In this document: positions 51,384 through 61,243 of the stretch, in pieces | Layout: each line of letters starts with the position of its first letter | How positions within the stretch are numbered: position 1 is the stretch's first letter | Assembly (NCBI GenBank): GCA_963715865.1 | Contig: OY970280.1 | Span: 192,001-256,000 of the forward strand | From: Candidatus Bathyarchaeota archaeon | GTDB taxonomy: Archaea > Thermoproteota > Bathyarchaeia > Bathyarchaeales > Bathycorpusculaceae | Direction of reading: 5' to 3' | DNA: 64,000 nucleotides | The notes under the pieces: model-generated | What the model was told of the DNA's origin: nothing | The model's database searches: none | What the model saw: the letters and a program-made list of their open reading frames with translations, nothing else | Position numbers and translations under genes: made by a program

Positions 51384-51539
51384 TGTGTTCTTCGCTTCTT
51401 ATCCATGTAAGCCGTGTTTTATTATTTAAAGCGTTAAGAAGGCAATCGCAAATTTGACTGATTGTTATTGCTGATGTACAATCACATTCGTTTATGAGCT
51501 AAAGAAGCCTTAAATAAAATTAAACATGGGGAAAGTAAC

Positions 51540-51887
51540 TTGACAAGCAGTTTACTGGGAGCAACAAAATTAAATTCGCAAGAACTTCAGTTTGCTCTCT
51601 TAAAACATGACAGGGAATGGAATATTGCTAAAGGCTCTAGAAGAGGAAAATTGGATATTACAGCTGAGATTTTGCTTTTCTGCGAGCAACAAAAAACCAA
51701 AACCAGCATAATGTACAATGCAAACCTAAATTATTCCCAACTCAAAAGCCACATCAACGCTTTAACTTCTCAGGGTTTACTTGAGAAAAAACTGAACAAG
51801 TACGTTACAACCGAAAGAGGTTACCGTTTTCTTGAAATATTCGCTCAACTCAATGATTTACTAGATGAATTTACTAACCTCAAGTGA
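51540..51887 (+). CDS. Archaeal winged-helix transcription regulator
   Basis: RRGKLDITAEIL...KTSIMYNANLNYSQLKSHINAL...YVTTERG. Confidence 0.85.
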   Translation: MTSSLLGATKLNSQELQFALLKHDREWNIAKGSRRGKLDITAEILLFCEQQKTKTSIMYNANLNYSQLKSHINALTSQGLLEKKLNKYVTTERGYRFLEIFAQLNDLLDEFTNLK

Positions 51888-51952
51888 GTTTCCGATTTTC
51901 CCAAGCAGCCTTCAATTCAGCAACAAAGCCTGCTTCATCTTCTGCCAAGCGT
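51880..51952 (-). pseudogene. 3' half of the small gene split by the defence insertion
   Basis: Reads RLAEDEAGFVAELKAAWENRKLT*, continuing ...VKKRLAEDEA from 61801-61974. Confidence 0.8.
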
Positions 51953-52080
51953 CATCAAATACGCAGGATTAGAATACATCACGGCTTTAGCGAAAACCGC
52001 CACACAAATCGCTCCTGTGCCGTTATCGATACATCTTGACCATGGAGAAGATTTCGATACAGCCGCGAAATGCGTTAATG
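51931..52080 (+). repeat. Left flanking direct repeat: 22 bp matching 61801-61822, overlapping 137 bp matching fba 62274-62410
   Basis: 51931-51952 vs 61801-61822 is 20/22. 51944-52080 vs 62274-62410 is 132/137. The two segments overlap at GCCAAGCGT. Confidence 0.92.
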
Positions 52081-52241
52081 TTTCAGATTTGTCAGTAATC
52101 GAAAAGTACTCTACTTCTGAATTCGTCTTTGGAATCATTAGTATGGCGAATAAGTCCGAAGACAAATATCACAAGTACCATGGAAGTGAGATACACAAAG
52201 CAGATATTCTCTTCTAATAATAACCTGTTGATTGAACTGAT

Positions 52242-53369
52242 ATGTCTGGCTCGAGCATCGATGAGGTTTACAAGAGATATGAGTTTAACAAGACTGAACC
52301 CGAGACATTGATGGGGCTGGTCAAGCAAGCTATACAAACAGGTGACGGGGTAAAAGATGAACTGAAGAGATTCAGAGAGATCACAGAAAAAGTGGCAAAG
52401 CTTTTGGAGAAGAAGGGGGTCTTCAGAGTCTTGGACCCCTCGAAAATTGAGAACATAGAGTTCTTCCGAAATGTTTGCGCCGTTGGAATAGACGGAAGTC
52501 TTCAACCAATCGAAGGATTTGGCGGTTATTGGTTCGTACCTACAAGCTGTGCGAGAGTAACATTCGAGAAGGGTCCGAACTCCGCTACCAAAGTCGACGT
52601 CACAGCAAATATCGAGAAAATAAAAGAACATGATTACTATGGCGTTGGCGGTGAAGCCGAACTCCGTATGATGAAATCGGAGACAAAGGCGATAATGGAT
52701 TGGGCAGAGCAGCATGATGCTTCTATTAGAAGTATTATGTTTATCGATGGACCAATCGTTGACCCCCCTAGCGTTGTTGACAAAGATTACGTTAAATACA
52801 GGTGCAAAGCACTGGAAAAATGTATCAAGAAGAACATTCTAGTTATTGGATGTGTAAAAAGGATGAAAGCCAGTATATTGTTGGATTTCATTATGAAAAA
52901 CGTTTTCAAAAACGAAACCAACATGGACCTCAAAGAAAGGTTCGCTTGGGACCTTAATTTGGTAACGGCAATATTTACCAAACTCGTTGTTGAAGGAGCT
53001 AAAGGAGTCTTGAGCACTGTCCCAATCTGTGTCAGCGAGACAGATGCGGCACAAAAAGCGTACCGTGATCAAGGTATTATTGTAAATTCCCTTTATATCC
53101 AGAAAGATCCCACAGGTCGACCAATAAGAGTGGACTTCCCAATTCTGAAGAGTTGCGAGGAAAGTATTGAAGCGATAGGGGAAAAAATCATAAGTACCGT
53201 ATACGCATGGTCGTATCCTGGCATGGACATTCCACTGCCAGTTTTCTTGGCTCATAACAAATGTGAAGTCAGAAAAGGATGTGCTGATGTTTTGTACGCC
53301 GAAATAATTACGCGTTCAAAAAGTAAAGACCCATTTGAAAACATATTAAACGAAAAACTGAAGAGGTGA
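52242..53369 (+). CDS. NurA-family nuclease
   Basis: AVGIDGS, MFIDGPI, IGCVKR and YPGMDIPLPVFLAHNKC motifs (RNase H-like NurA pattern). Confidence 0.82.
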   Translation: MSGSSIDEVYKRYEFNKTEPETLMGLVKQAIQTGDGVKDELKRFREITEKVAKLLEKKGVFRVLDPSKIENIEFFRNVCAVGIDGSLQPIEGFGGYWFVPTSCARVTFEKGPNSATKVDVTANIEKIKEHDYYGVGGEAELRMMKSETKAIMDWAEQHDASIRSIMFIDGPIVDPPSVVDKDYVKYRCKALEKCIKKNILVIGCVKRMKASILLDFIMKNVFKNETNMDLKERFAWDLNLVTAIFTKLVVEGAKGVLSTVPICVSETDAAQKAYRDQGIIVNSLYIQKDPTGRPIRVDFPILKSCEESIEAIGEKIISTVYAWSYPGMDIPLPVFLAHNKCEVRKGCADVLYAEIITRSKSKDPFENILNEKLKR

Positions 53370-53374
53370 GTTGA

Positions 53375-55018
53375 TTGGTCAGTAGAAATCCTATAGGTGT
53401 GGTTCTAACAGGGGCAACAACCCAAAAAGCAGCGTGCCAACTTTTCGAATCTTCAGAAAGAGGCGGTGTCAGAGAAGGGAAATTCCTCCTGATTGAAAGC
53501 ATGCCAGGCAAGCGACAAATAATGGTTCGAGTGGCCTCCATCGTTCCTCAAAACGATTTCTACAGTCCAGGCGATGCTTGGACTGAGGCTCGAAGAAAAC
53601 AAGTAGAGATACCTGGCCAACTCGCAAGACAGTACGAAATTTGCGAGCTCGATTTACTTGCTGAGATGCCAGGGGCCAAGCCAATCGTAGTTCCACCTTT
53701 TCCAAATGACAAGATCTACGAAATGAAATTACCAGAAGAGGCTGAGAACGTATTCGGAGTGTCTAACAAGAGTCAAGGGATAATATGGTATGGAACTATG
53801 ACCGGTTATCAAAACGCGCCCATTCCTCTTAATGTCGAAAGCATACCAATGCACATTGGAATTTTTGGAACTACAGGTAGTGGAAAATCATATGATACTG
53901 GAGCTTTGATAGAAAAGCTTGTTACGATCTATGATAAAGAGGACAGAATTCTTTCATTTCCGATTCTTGTAATTGACGCTAACGGCGACTATCTTGATTA
54001 TGTCAAGTTCTTTGAAGATCACGAGAGGTTCGGTGCGGCATCAGCAGTCACGAGGTATGTCTTTCCCGGTTCTCCAGAGCTAAGTAAGATAAATGTAAGG
54101 CCTATAGCCATAGATTTGAATCTCATGTCGAAACGGGAGATAGCTGAAGCTATTAATCTCTACTATTCGGGAGGAGAGAAAACGGAGCTCCAAGTGTCTG
54201 GGTTGGAGAAACTGTTTGCTCATATGGAAGATACATCTCTAATATCGGAGGGAAACTACCAGAGCATCTTTACTGACGATGATAGGTTTGAAGATGCTAA
54301 AGGGGCTCTTGCTAACCTGAGTCTTCATTCCGGAACTGTGGCTGCAGTTCTGCGTGCTCTTGAAAAATTCAAGGAAGTTGAAGACAGTTATAGTCTTCTG
54401 TCAGAGGCGCTAAAGCTTGATAGAAACTTCGTGGATACCCTTACAAAGAATCGTGAAATTGCCATAATAGACTTTTCTGCTGCAGGGGCTCCGGGAGTTG
54501 ATCCCCGACTTAAACAATTCGTGATGTCTTATTTGGCTTCCATTCTTTTTAGGGTATTCACGGAGTACAAGATGGAAGGTCAAGAACGGTATATGCTATT
54601 CATAATAGAGGAGGCTCAGAACTATTGTCCCAATCTTTCGACCTACAACATCGGATATAGTCTTGCTCGCGAGAAACTGGCAGCTATAGCCACGCAGGGC
54701 CGTAAGTTCGGGCTCAGTCTCTGCCTCATTTCCCAAAGACCATCTTTTGTTGATCAGGTCGTTTTGTCAATGTGTAACAGTTTCTTTCTGCACAGAATCT
54801 CGCCAGAGGATGTCTCATTCGTGAAGAGGGTTACAGGAGGCTTACCTTTATCGTTGGAGCGGAGGCTGACTATTCTCGCCAATGGTGAGCTCATAGTGAG
54901 CGGGCAGATGCTGACACTGCCATTTCCAATGCTTATTAAAGTCCCTCCGAGAGAAGTCCCGCAGACTACTGGCAAAACCGACGTTTTAGGTGCTTTGAGG
55001 AGTCTGGCTACAAAATGA
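53375..55018 (+). CDS. HerA-family FtsK-like ATPase/translocase
   Basis: N-terminal HAS-barrel-like region, HIGIFGTTGSGKS (Walker A), FIIEEAQNY (Walker B) and QGRKFGLSLCLISQRPS. Confidence 0.92.
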   Translation: MVSRNPIGVVLTGATTQKAACQLFESSERGGVREGKFLLIESMPGKRQIMVRVASIVPQNDFYSPGDAWTEARRKQVEIPGQLARQYEICELDLLAEMPGAKPIVVPPFPNDKIYEMKLPEEAENVFGVSNKSQGIIWYGTMTGYQNAPIPLNVESIPMHIGIFGTTGSGKSYDTGALIEKLVTIYDKEDRILSFPILVIDANGDYLDYVKFFEDHERFGAASAVTRYVFPGSPELSKINVRPIAIDLNLMSKREIAEAINLYYSGGEKTELQVSGLEKLFAHMEDTSLISEGNYQSIFTDDDRFEDAKGALANLSLHSGTVAAVLRALEKFKEVEDSYSLLSEALKLDRNFVDTLTKNREIAIIDFSAAGAPGVDPRLKQFVMSYLASILFRVFTEYKMEGQERYMLFIIEEAQNYCPNLSTYNIGYSLAREKLAAIATQGRKFGLSLCLISQRPSFVDQVVLSMCNSFFLHRISPEDVSFVKRVTGGLPLSLERRLTILANGELIVSGQMLTLPFPMLIKVPPREVPQTTGKTDVLGALRSLATK

Positions 55019-58000
55019 GTGAGAAAAGTGATAAAATCGGTTCCATGTATTCCAGACTCCCAACGGGCCCTGGAGTTCCCACCGCAAGTCTCACAGGCTT
55101 TTCGTTCGCGATTATTGAAAGCAGAAAACCTGTGGAGAAACAGCTACGAGATTTCATGACTTTTTGCAGAAGAGATGCGCTATCGGTTAACGTTAAGATT
55201 CTGAAAGCTGAATGGGGCGAAGGAAAAACTGATGCATACGAACGGTATATTCATCCAGAAGCCGAGACGAGCGGAGATGCTTGCTATTTCGCATCGACAT
55301 CAACTATTGCAGATAGAATAAACAGATTTCACGATATTTTCTCAACAACGAGCTATGTCCCAAGCTCAAAATTCCTTGCATCCGTTTTCGTATCGATAAT
55401 TGACGAGGCGACTCATCAAAAGATCGGCGTTAAGGGTTTTCCAAATGTTTTAGATTTCCAGAATGATCCACTAAAATTCATAGAAACAACTCTAGAGAAC
55501 CATCGAAGAATTGGCTGCAAAAAGATATTCGTCTTCATTGACGAATTTGAAGAACTGCTTATTCAAGATAGCAAAGTCCAAAAAGAAATAATTTCAGGGT
55601 TGAAGGAGCTCATTAATGGACAGTTGGGTCTTGTCCATGAAGGCGGGTCTAGTCAGGGAATGCTCCATTTCTTCATAGCTTGTACGCCATATGCGTACAT
55701 TCGAATCATGGAAGACGTCGAGCTTGCCCAGATTACTGGCTCAGTCAAGTCTCGGTTGACAACACTGACCTTACCTGAAGTTACTCATAAAGAGGCGTTG
55801 CAGTTCCTAATAGACTTAACCAGATACAGTTATGGTGACATTCTGCCCGAAGCCTTTCCCTTCCGTAGTCTGGGTCCTTTGAACGGCATATACGCTATTT
55901 CCCACGGTAACCTAAGAGAAATGATCAAACTCTTTGTCAAGCTTATGTCAACTGCGGCAGATGAGAAAACCAAACAGTTTCATCTGATTGATGCAAATCA
56001 CTTTGTGTCATCATTAAGAGATGAGGATATTTCAGTTTATGGAGCCAGCGGAAAAGCCATAGATGATGAGTTACTAGATAAGGTAAATGTTAATCTGAAG
56101 AGAATCAGCAGAGGAGAAGAGTGCTTAGCCGTTTTTAACCTGCTAATGGGTGAATACCAGCCCTTCAACATCGACGAGATGGGCAAAAGATTGGGGCTCC
56201 CGAAAGACGAAATTCATCAACTTGTCTCCGCTGTAAACACGGAACTGCAAAAGATGGGGATAGACAAGGCAATTTCGGCACTTTTTCCTCTTAATGAGGG
56301 AAAGACGTTCGAGACAGTCAAGAATCGACTTCAGATTGTTCAAGACCGTATAATCATCGGAAACGCGAAGATCCCAATTAAGAAATTCAAGGAGAAGCTT
56401 TTTGCCTACACATTTCATGCAGATGGAAAACTTTCAGAGACTCTTCTGCTTCCCAAGGAGCCAAGAGATCTTGAATTGCTGTTTGAGAATATCACCGAAG
56501 AAGAGACCGGAGAACTCACGTCAGAAGAGGCTGAAAAACTGCATCATGCAATAAAGGAAGACTTTGATCAAGCGGCGGCAAAACGGTATTACGTATTATC
56601 TCAAGACATAATTAATCAAGTTTTTCCGTCTCCCTTGTGGTTACTGATGGACTTCGTAAAAGACAGAGCAAAAAGGATGGATCTATGGCGAAAGGCGAGT
56701 AAAGAATATTTTGAGTCTGTCAAGGAATTAAGAACTGGACTGCTAAGTCTAATTGAACATAACGGTATCGGCAAGTTCGAATCGAAAGAGACCAATGGAG
56801 GGAAATACTACAAATTTGATTATGAACTTCAAGACAAGGCAATTCCAATTTCTGCATACGCATATGTTAGCGCTGGCAACATTACTGAACAAGATATTGA
56901 AGAGATACGTGATGACGTGAAGAGCCGTAGACCCAATCTCGTTCTTCTGGTCTACAGTGGTGAAATTGATGCAAATTTGCCAACAGAAATCGGGGGCATC
57001 GAAACACCTATTCTCCAGATTCATTTGAGAAAAATTAGAGCCCTTCAACTAATAGTTGCTCAACTAGCTCGCCCTCTCACGGAAATCGACCCGAAAATCT
57101 TGGAAAAGAGGTTTGCTGAAGTATCCGATGAGGCTGAAATTCAGAAGAGATTCGCTGAGTGGTACAATAAATGCACGAGTGAAGGAATCGTTGTTGATGA
57201 TCCTTACACGAATTACGCTGATAGCGGTGGCAAGCTCGCTGGAATATTAAAATACTACATCAATTTCTTGGGTGAAAGAAAAACATCTTCAGAAGTCTTT
57301 GAAGATTACGAAAAAACTCTTAAGAACATCAAATTCTTCGGTGACAAGGAAGTTCCTTTTGCCCCCGTTGATATAGAAACTACAGGCGAATTTACAAAGT
57401 TCGAGGATGAACTGGTTAGAAACGGCTTTCTATCCAAGCAGAGTGCGGGTACAGTTTGCGTTGAGAATACACCCGTTGAACTGCGGATCACGTCAATTAC
57501 CAAGAGATATCCAAAGGTGGAAGTCAAGCAACTTAAGCAGTTTTTCATAAATGCTGCCCAAGCTGAAAGCGTACTTGAAAGAGTTTACCTTCCGATCTTG
57601 ATTCACAAAGGTGTCCTTACTATTGATGAGGACAACATAATTAAGAAAGAACCACAGCTGCTGCGAAAAGAATTGGAGAACGATTTTGCTACATATGAGG
57701 CAAATGCGAGAAGCAAGTCTAACAGCTGGAAAAGCTTCGCGCATATTTGTGTATCAAAGGGGCGGAAAGAAGAAAAGGGAATGATAATCATTGACCTTAG
57801 CTACGTAGACCAGTTGCTCAGATACAAGAAGAAAGAAATTGACGATGAACATGACGAGAACCTCTTGCTTCAAAAGATTCAACTATTCAAACTTATCATG
57901 AACTATTATTATGAAAAACTGGAACCCAAGATAGACATTGCGATAGCGGCTGCGAGTCAGCTAAAGAGAGAAACACACTCTGAAACAGAATCATTGAAAA

Positions 58001-59298
58001 ACGCGCTGAACAAGGTACTAGAAACCTACAACTCTTATTGTCAAGACAAGACCTATTCTTTGGAAGAGATTGAAGAATACAGCAAAATTTTGGGACACAA
58101 AAAGGACGTGGATGCCACATTTGACCAAACATTTTCCATTGATGAGCTAAATCGATACCGCAACCAAGTTAAGTGGGAGGAATATCATTTCGGTCGAGAC
58201 GCGAGAGAAGCCCACTACTTCAACCTGAAGTTTGCAATGCTTGAGAAATCCCGCCATGAACTGACTAGCGCCATTGGTGCAATCAGCACTGTAATTACAG
58301 AAGCTCAAGATCTGATTTCCAGAACAGAGGAACTAAAAAAGCAAATACACAAAGAATCATCAGTGTACAAGATACCCGCCAACTACAAAATCAGCACGAA
58401 AATTCTTGATGAACTGCATAAATACCATGCTAAACCGGCACACGCTCAGTCAGCATTGCCAAGGATTCGGGTTGGCATGATGAAAGAGTTTTTCAGTTCG
58501 CTCGAGAAGCAGTTGGGTCGAGATCAGTCTCGAGTTCAAGGTGTACTCGAGAAAGCTGAAGAGGTTAGAAAATCTGAGAAAGCCTTTCTTGAAAGCGAAT
58601 TACAGGCGTGCGTAGAAAACGCGCGAAAGTTCTTCCAGATTCCTTACGAAGAAAAATTCAAGAATGTGGAAGATTCGCTGAAATTGGCCACTGAAGAGTA
58701 CACAGAGTTGTGCGCGCAGACCGCAGAGAAATCACTAAAATCCCTTGACGATCTTTACCAGCTAGCTAACTCTGCAGGAAAGAAGTTTAAGGATTCAATA
58801 AACGAAAAAATGATTCAAGCTGAGAATGCTATTGGCCAAGTTTTTGACGAAGCAGAGAGAGGCTTGGAGAAGGTTCGGAACGAAGTTGACAGTTTCGCCA
58901 GAGTTCTCAAAAATGCATTTGGAGAAAAAGTGGCGCCTGTTTGCGAAAAATACGTTGAACATTTTGAAGATGAAATTAGGATCACACAAGGGGCGATACA
59001 AACTGTAAAACAAGGTCATGAGACAGGCTATACCTGGGCTGAGCGACAAAAGGATTTGGGCGAAGTGCGTGAGAAGTTCTTCAAAGATCTAAAACCTATA
59101 ATGCCCCCTCAAGAAGGAGCTATACTCTTGGAGATTGTGCGTATAATAAGTGAAAATCAATCTCAATGGATGAATGTGCAAGATCTTGTCTCCCAGTTAA
59201 AAGTACGACTTAGTAAATCCGACGAGGAAATCGAACAGACCTTAAAGAGACTGGTTGATTTGAATTTGGTAAGAACAGGTGCCTCGTTGCCGATATGA
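55015..59298 (+). CDS. Giant P-loop ATPase (1427 aa) with wHTH and coiled-coil regions
   Basis: KAEWGEGKT (Walker A), VFIDEFEE (Walker B), helical/coiled-coil C-terminal third and terminal wHTH-like VQDLVSQL...IEQTLKRLVDLNLV. Confidence 0.8.
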   Translation: MSEKSDKIGSMYSRLPTGPGVPTASLTGFSFAIIESRKPVEKQLRDFMTFCRRDALSVNVKILKAEWGEGKTDAYERYIHPEAETSGDACYFASTSTIADRINRFHDIFSTTSYVPSSKFLASVFVSIIDEATHQKIGVKGFPNVLDFQNDPLKFIETTLENHRRIGCKKIFVFIDEFEELLIQDSKVQKEIISGLKELINGQLGLVHEGGSSQGMLHFFIACTPYAYIRIMEDVELAQITGSVKSRLTTLTLPEVTHKEALQFLIDLTRYSYGDILPEAFPFRSLGPLNGIYAISHGNLREMIKLFVKLMSTAADEKTKQFHLIDANHFVSSLRDEDISVYGASGKAIDDELLDKVNVNLKRISRGEECLAVFNLLMGEYQPFNIDEMGKRLGLPKDEIHQLVSAVNTELQKMGIDKAISALFPLNEGKTFETVKNRLQIVQDRIIIGNAKIPIKKFKEKLFAYTFHADGKLSETLLLPKEPRDLELLFENITEEETGELTSEEAEKLHHAIKEDFDQAAAKRYYVLSQDIINQVFPSPLWLLMDFVKDRAKRMDLWRKASKEYFESVKELRTGLLSLIEHNGIGKFESKETNGGKYYKFDYELQDKAIPISAYAYVSAGNITEQDIEEIRDDVKSRRPNLVLLVYSGEIDANLPTEIGGIETPILQIHLRKIRALQLIVAQLARPLTEIDPKILEKRFAEVSDEAEIQKRFAEWYNKCTSEGIVVDDPYTNYADSGGKLAGILKYYINFLGERKTSSEVFEDYEKTLKNIKFFGDKEVPFAPVDIETTGEFTKFEDELVRNGFLSKQSAGTVCVENTPVELRITSITKRYPKVEVKQLKQFFINAAQAESVLERVYLPILIHKGVLTIDEDNIIKKEPQLLRKELENDFATYEANARSKSNSWKSFAHICVSKGRKEEKGMIIIDLSYVDQLLRYKKKEIDDEHDENLLLQKIQLFKLIMNYYYEKLEPKIDIAIAAASQLKRETHSETESLKNALNKVLETYNSYCQDKTYSLEEIEEYSKILGHKKDVDATFDQTFSIDELNRYRNQVKWEEYHFGRDAREAHYFNLKFAMLEKSRHELTSAIGAISTVITEAQDLISRTEELKKQIHKESSVYKIPANYKISTKILDELHKYHAKPAHAQSALPRIRVGMMKEFFSSLEKQLGRDQSRVQGVLEKAEEVRKSEKAFLESELQACVENARKFFQIPYEEKFKNVEDSLKLATEEYTELCAQTAEKSLKSLDDLYQLANSAGKKFKDSINEKMIQAENAIGQVFDEAERGLEKVRNEVDSFARVLKNAFGEKVAPVCEKYVEHFEDEIRITQGAIQTVKQGHETGYTWAERQKDLGEVREKFFKDLKPIMPPQEGAILLEIVRIISENQSQWMNVQDLVSQLKVRLSKSDEEIEQTLKRLVDLNLVRTGASLPI

Positions 59299-59448
59299 TT
59301 CATCGACCTCTTTGTGTTTCTTGAATCTTTGGCACAGGGTGTGAATCCGTGTTAGACGAAGGGCAAAGAGATAAGCTTATAGGAACATACTTGGTAATCC
59401 AGGAATAATGTTTCTTGGGTCATAAGGAAAAGTAAAAAGGGGACAAAT

Positions 59449-60225
59449 ATGAATAAAGCAGAGCTTTACGAGGCAATTTCGGCGAGAAAAGGGAATGGCG
59501 TGCAGATAAGACAGGAATTATGCTTTTATGACCCTGAAGATGTCTATAGAGGCTTAACATCCAACAACAAAATAATGAAATGGTTGAAATTCGTTTCAAA
59601 CCATTACTTACCTCCTTCGGACAAGAAAGTGCTTCTAATTTATCCGTGTTCGACCGAAAAACCATATCACGCATCACGATCATACAAGCGCTTGTTCAAG
59701 ACGTTAAATAACCTTGGAGACGAAAGACGGAGAATTCATGTGGTAACAATATCCGAACCGTTTGGTCTTGTACCCGAAGAGTTTTACGGCATAGAGAATC
59801 CGTGGCATGATTGGAAGAATGAATGGTATGACTGCCCGGGTCTCTTTGAATGGTGGTGTAGCAAGTATAAGCAAGCATACTCGCAAGAATTTCTCGACAA
59901 GAGCATAGAATGTCTGTCTGATTATGTTGCTAGATTTCTAACCAAGGTTCAGAAAAACAATTGCTATGAGGAAAAGATTGCATTTGTACGATCTTACACT
60001 GCACAGCTAAAAACCAAAAAAGATCATACTCACCGAAGAATTATTGAGCGGGCTGCTGCAATCTCAGATGTCAAGGTGAAAATCCTTCCCTCCAAAGATT
60101 TGGTATCAAAAATCGTCAGAAGCAATGGAAGTATGGCTTGGGACATGTATGGAGTATCCCATCCTTTGGCTCAAGAGTATCTTCTGAGATACTTGAAGGG
60201 GATCCTACATATTGAAACCAACTGA
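59449..60225 (+). CDS. Stand-alone DUF5591 (archaeosine synthase ArcS-type domain) protein
   Basis: VLLIYPCSTEKPYHASRSY...IHVVTISEPFGLVPEE...YDCPG matches the PCSxxKPYxxS motif. Confidence 0.78.
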   Translation: MNKAELYEAISARKGNGVQIRQELCFYDPEDVYRGLTSNNKIMKWLKFVSNHYLPPSDKKVLLIYPCSTEKPYHASRSYKRLFKTLNNLGDERRRIHVVTISEPFGLVPEEFYGIENPWHDWKNEWYDCPGLFEWWCSKYKQAYSQEFLDKSIECLSDYVARFLTKVQKNNCYEEKIAFVRSYTAQLKTKKDHTHRRIIERAAAISDVKVKILPSKDLVSKIVRSNGSMAWDMYGVSHPLAQEYLLRYLKGILHIETN

Positions 60226-61237
60226 GACACCATTTCTTTTGCTGAGCCAACTTGTAAACGGTTCTCCAAAGCCATGGAAGCATTTCAAAATAGACGGGCT
60301 AATGGTTAATGCTTACGAAATTCTGCAGAAAAATAAAACTCACGAAACGGTCTGTAGAGAAGGGATTCATGAATATTTAGGATACCATGGGCGCGTAGGA
60401 ATGGACTCTGGTGGATTTCTATTTATGCGAAAGAAATCGTTGGGTGTCCATCCCCAACAAATCTTGGATCTATATGAATCTAGCAAGCCTAATTTGGCAG
60501 TGGTATTGGACCATCCGCTTGAACCTTGCCTATCTATGTCACAGAGAAAGAAGCGCCAACTGAAGACCTTAGAAAACACGATGTATATGCTAAGTTCCAG
60601 AACAAGTGAAAATCCGTTGCTTATGCCAGTTATTCATGGGTATTCTTTGCAGACAGTGAGATGGTACATAAGGGCACTTGCCAAAATAGGCGATTTTGAA
60701 ACGTATGGAATTGGAAGTCTGGTACCATCGGTATTTAATGCCAAGGGGATTGGAGGCATCTACAACGTTTTGAGAATTGTCTCCTATGTCAGAAAACTTC
60801 TCCCAAATAAGAAAATCCATGTCTTTGGAATTGGGAGTACATTAACAATGCATTTGATGTTTTATGTTGGTGCAAATTCCGTCGACAGCTCCGGTTGGAG
60901 AACAAAAGCAGCGTTCGGCGCTATTCAACTTCCTGGTATCGGTGACAGATACATAACCACGAGAGAAAGAAAAAAGAACTACAGGGATCTTTCTGAGGCT
61001 GATAAGGAGATTTTGGCTCAATGCCGTTGCCCTGTGTGTGAGAAAAAAGGATTGGAAAAACTGAGGACAAGCTTTGAGGATAGAGCCTTGCATAACTCGT
61101 GGGTTTTTCAGAAGGAAATCGAGAAAATTCGATTATTAACGAGAGAGGAGGCATATGAGAGTTATGTTGAGGAAGTTCTCACAAAGTCTTCCTTCTGTAG
61201 AGCCTTTGCTTTTGCCAAGCAAATCAAGAATTCCTAG
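60212..61237 (+). CDS. tRNA-guanine-transglycosylase-like (DpdA-like) base-exchange enzyme without PUA domain
   Basis: MDSGGF, VLDHP, PVIHG, IHVFGIG, SVDSSGW (nucleophile Asp) and CRCPVC...H Zn site; 341 aa. Confidence 0.9.
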   Translation: MKPTETPFLLLSQLVNGSPKPWKHFKIDGLMVNAYEILQKNKTHETVCREGIHEYLGYHGRVGMDSGGFLFMRKKSLGVHPQQILDLYESSKPNLAVVLDHPLEPCLSMSQRKKRQLKTLENTMYMLSSRTSENPLLMPVIHGYSLQTVRWYIRALAKIGDFETYGIGSLVPSVFNAKGIGGIYNVLRIVSYVRKLLPNKKIHVFGIGSTLTMHLMFYVGANSVDSSGWRTKAAFGAIQLPGIGDRYITTRERKKNYRDLSEADKEILAQCRCPVCEKKGLEKLRTSFEDRALHNSWVFQKEIEKIRLLTREEAYESYVEEVLTKSSFCRAFAFAKQIKNS

Positions 61238-61243
61238 AAATTT

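Noticed and set aside
52242-55018. Core herA-nurA-mre11-rad50 repair operon
   Set aside because: No mre11 or rad50 is adjacent, and the pair is inside repeat-bounded foreign DNA.
60212-61237. Housekeeping archaeosine tRNA-guanine transglycosylase (tgtA)
   Set aside because: Too short, lacks the C-terminal/PUA domains, and sits in an inserted cassette with nucleases and ATPases. It is not excluded that it acts on RNA.
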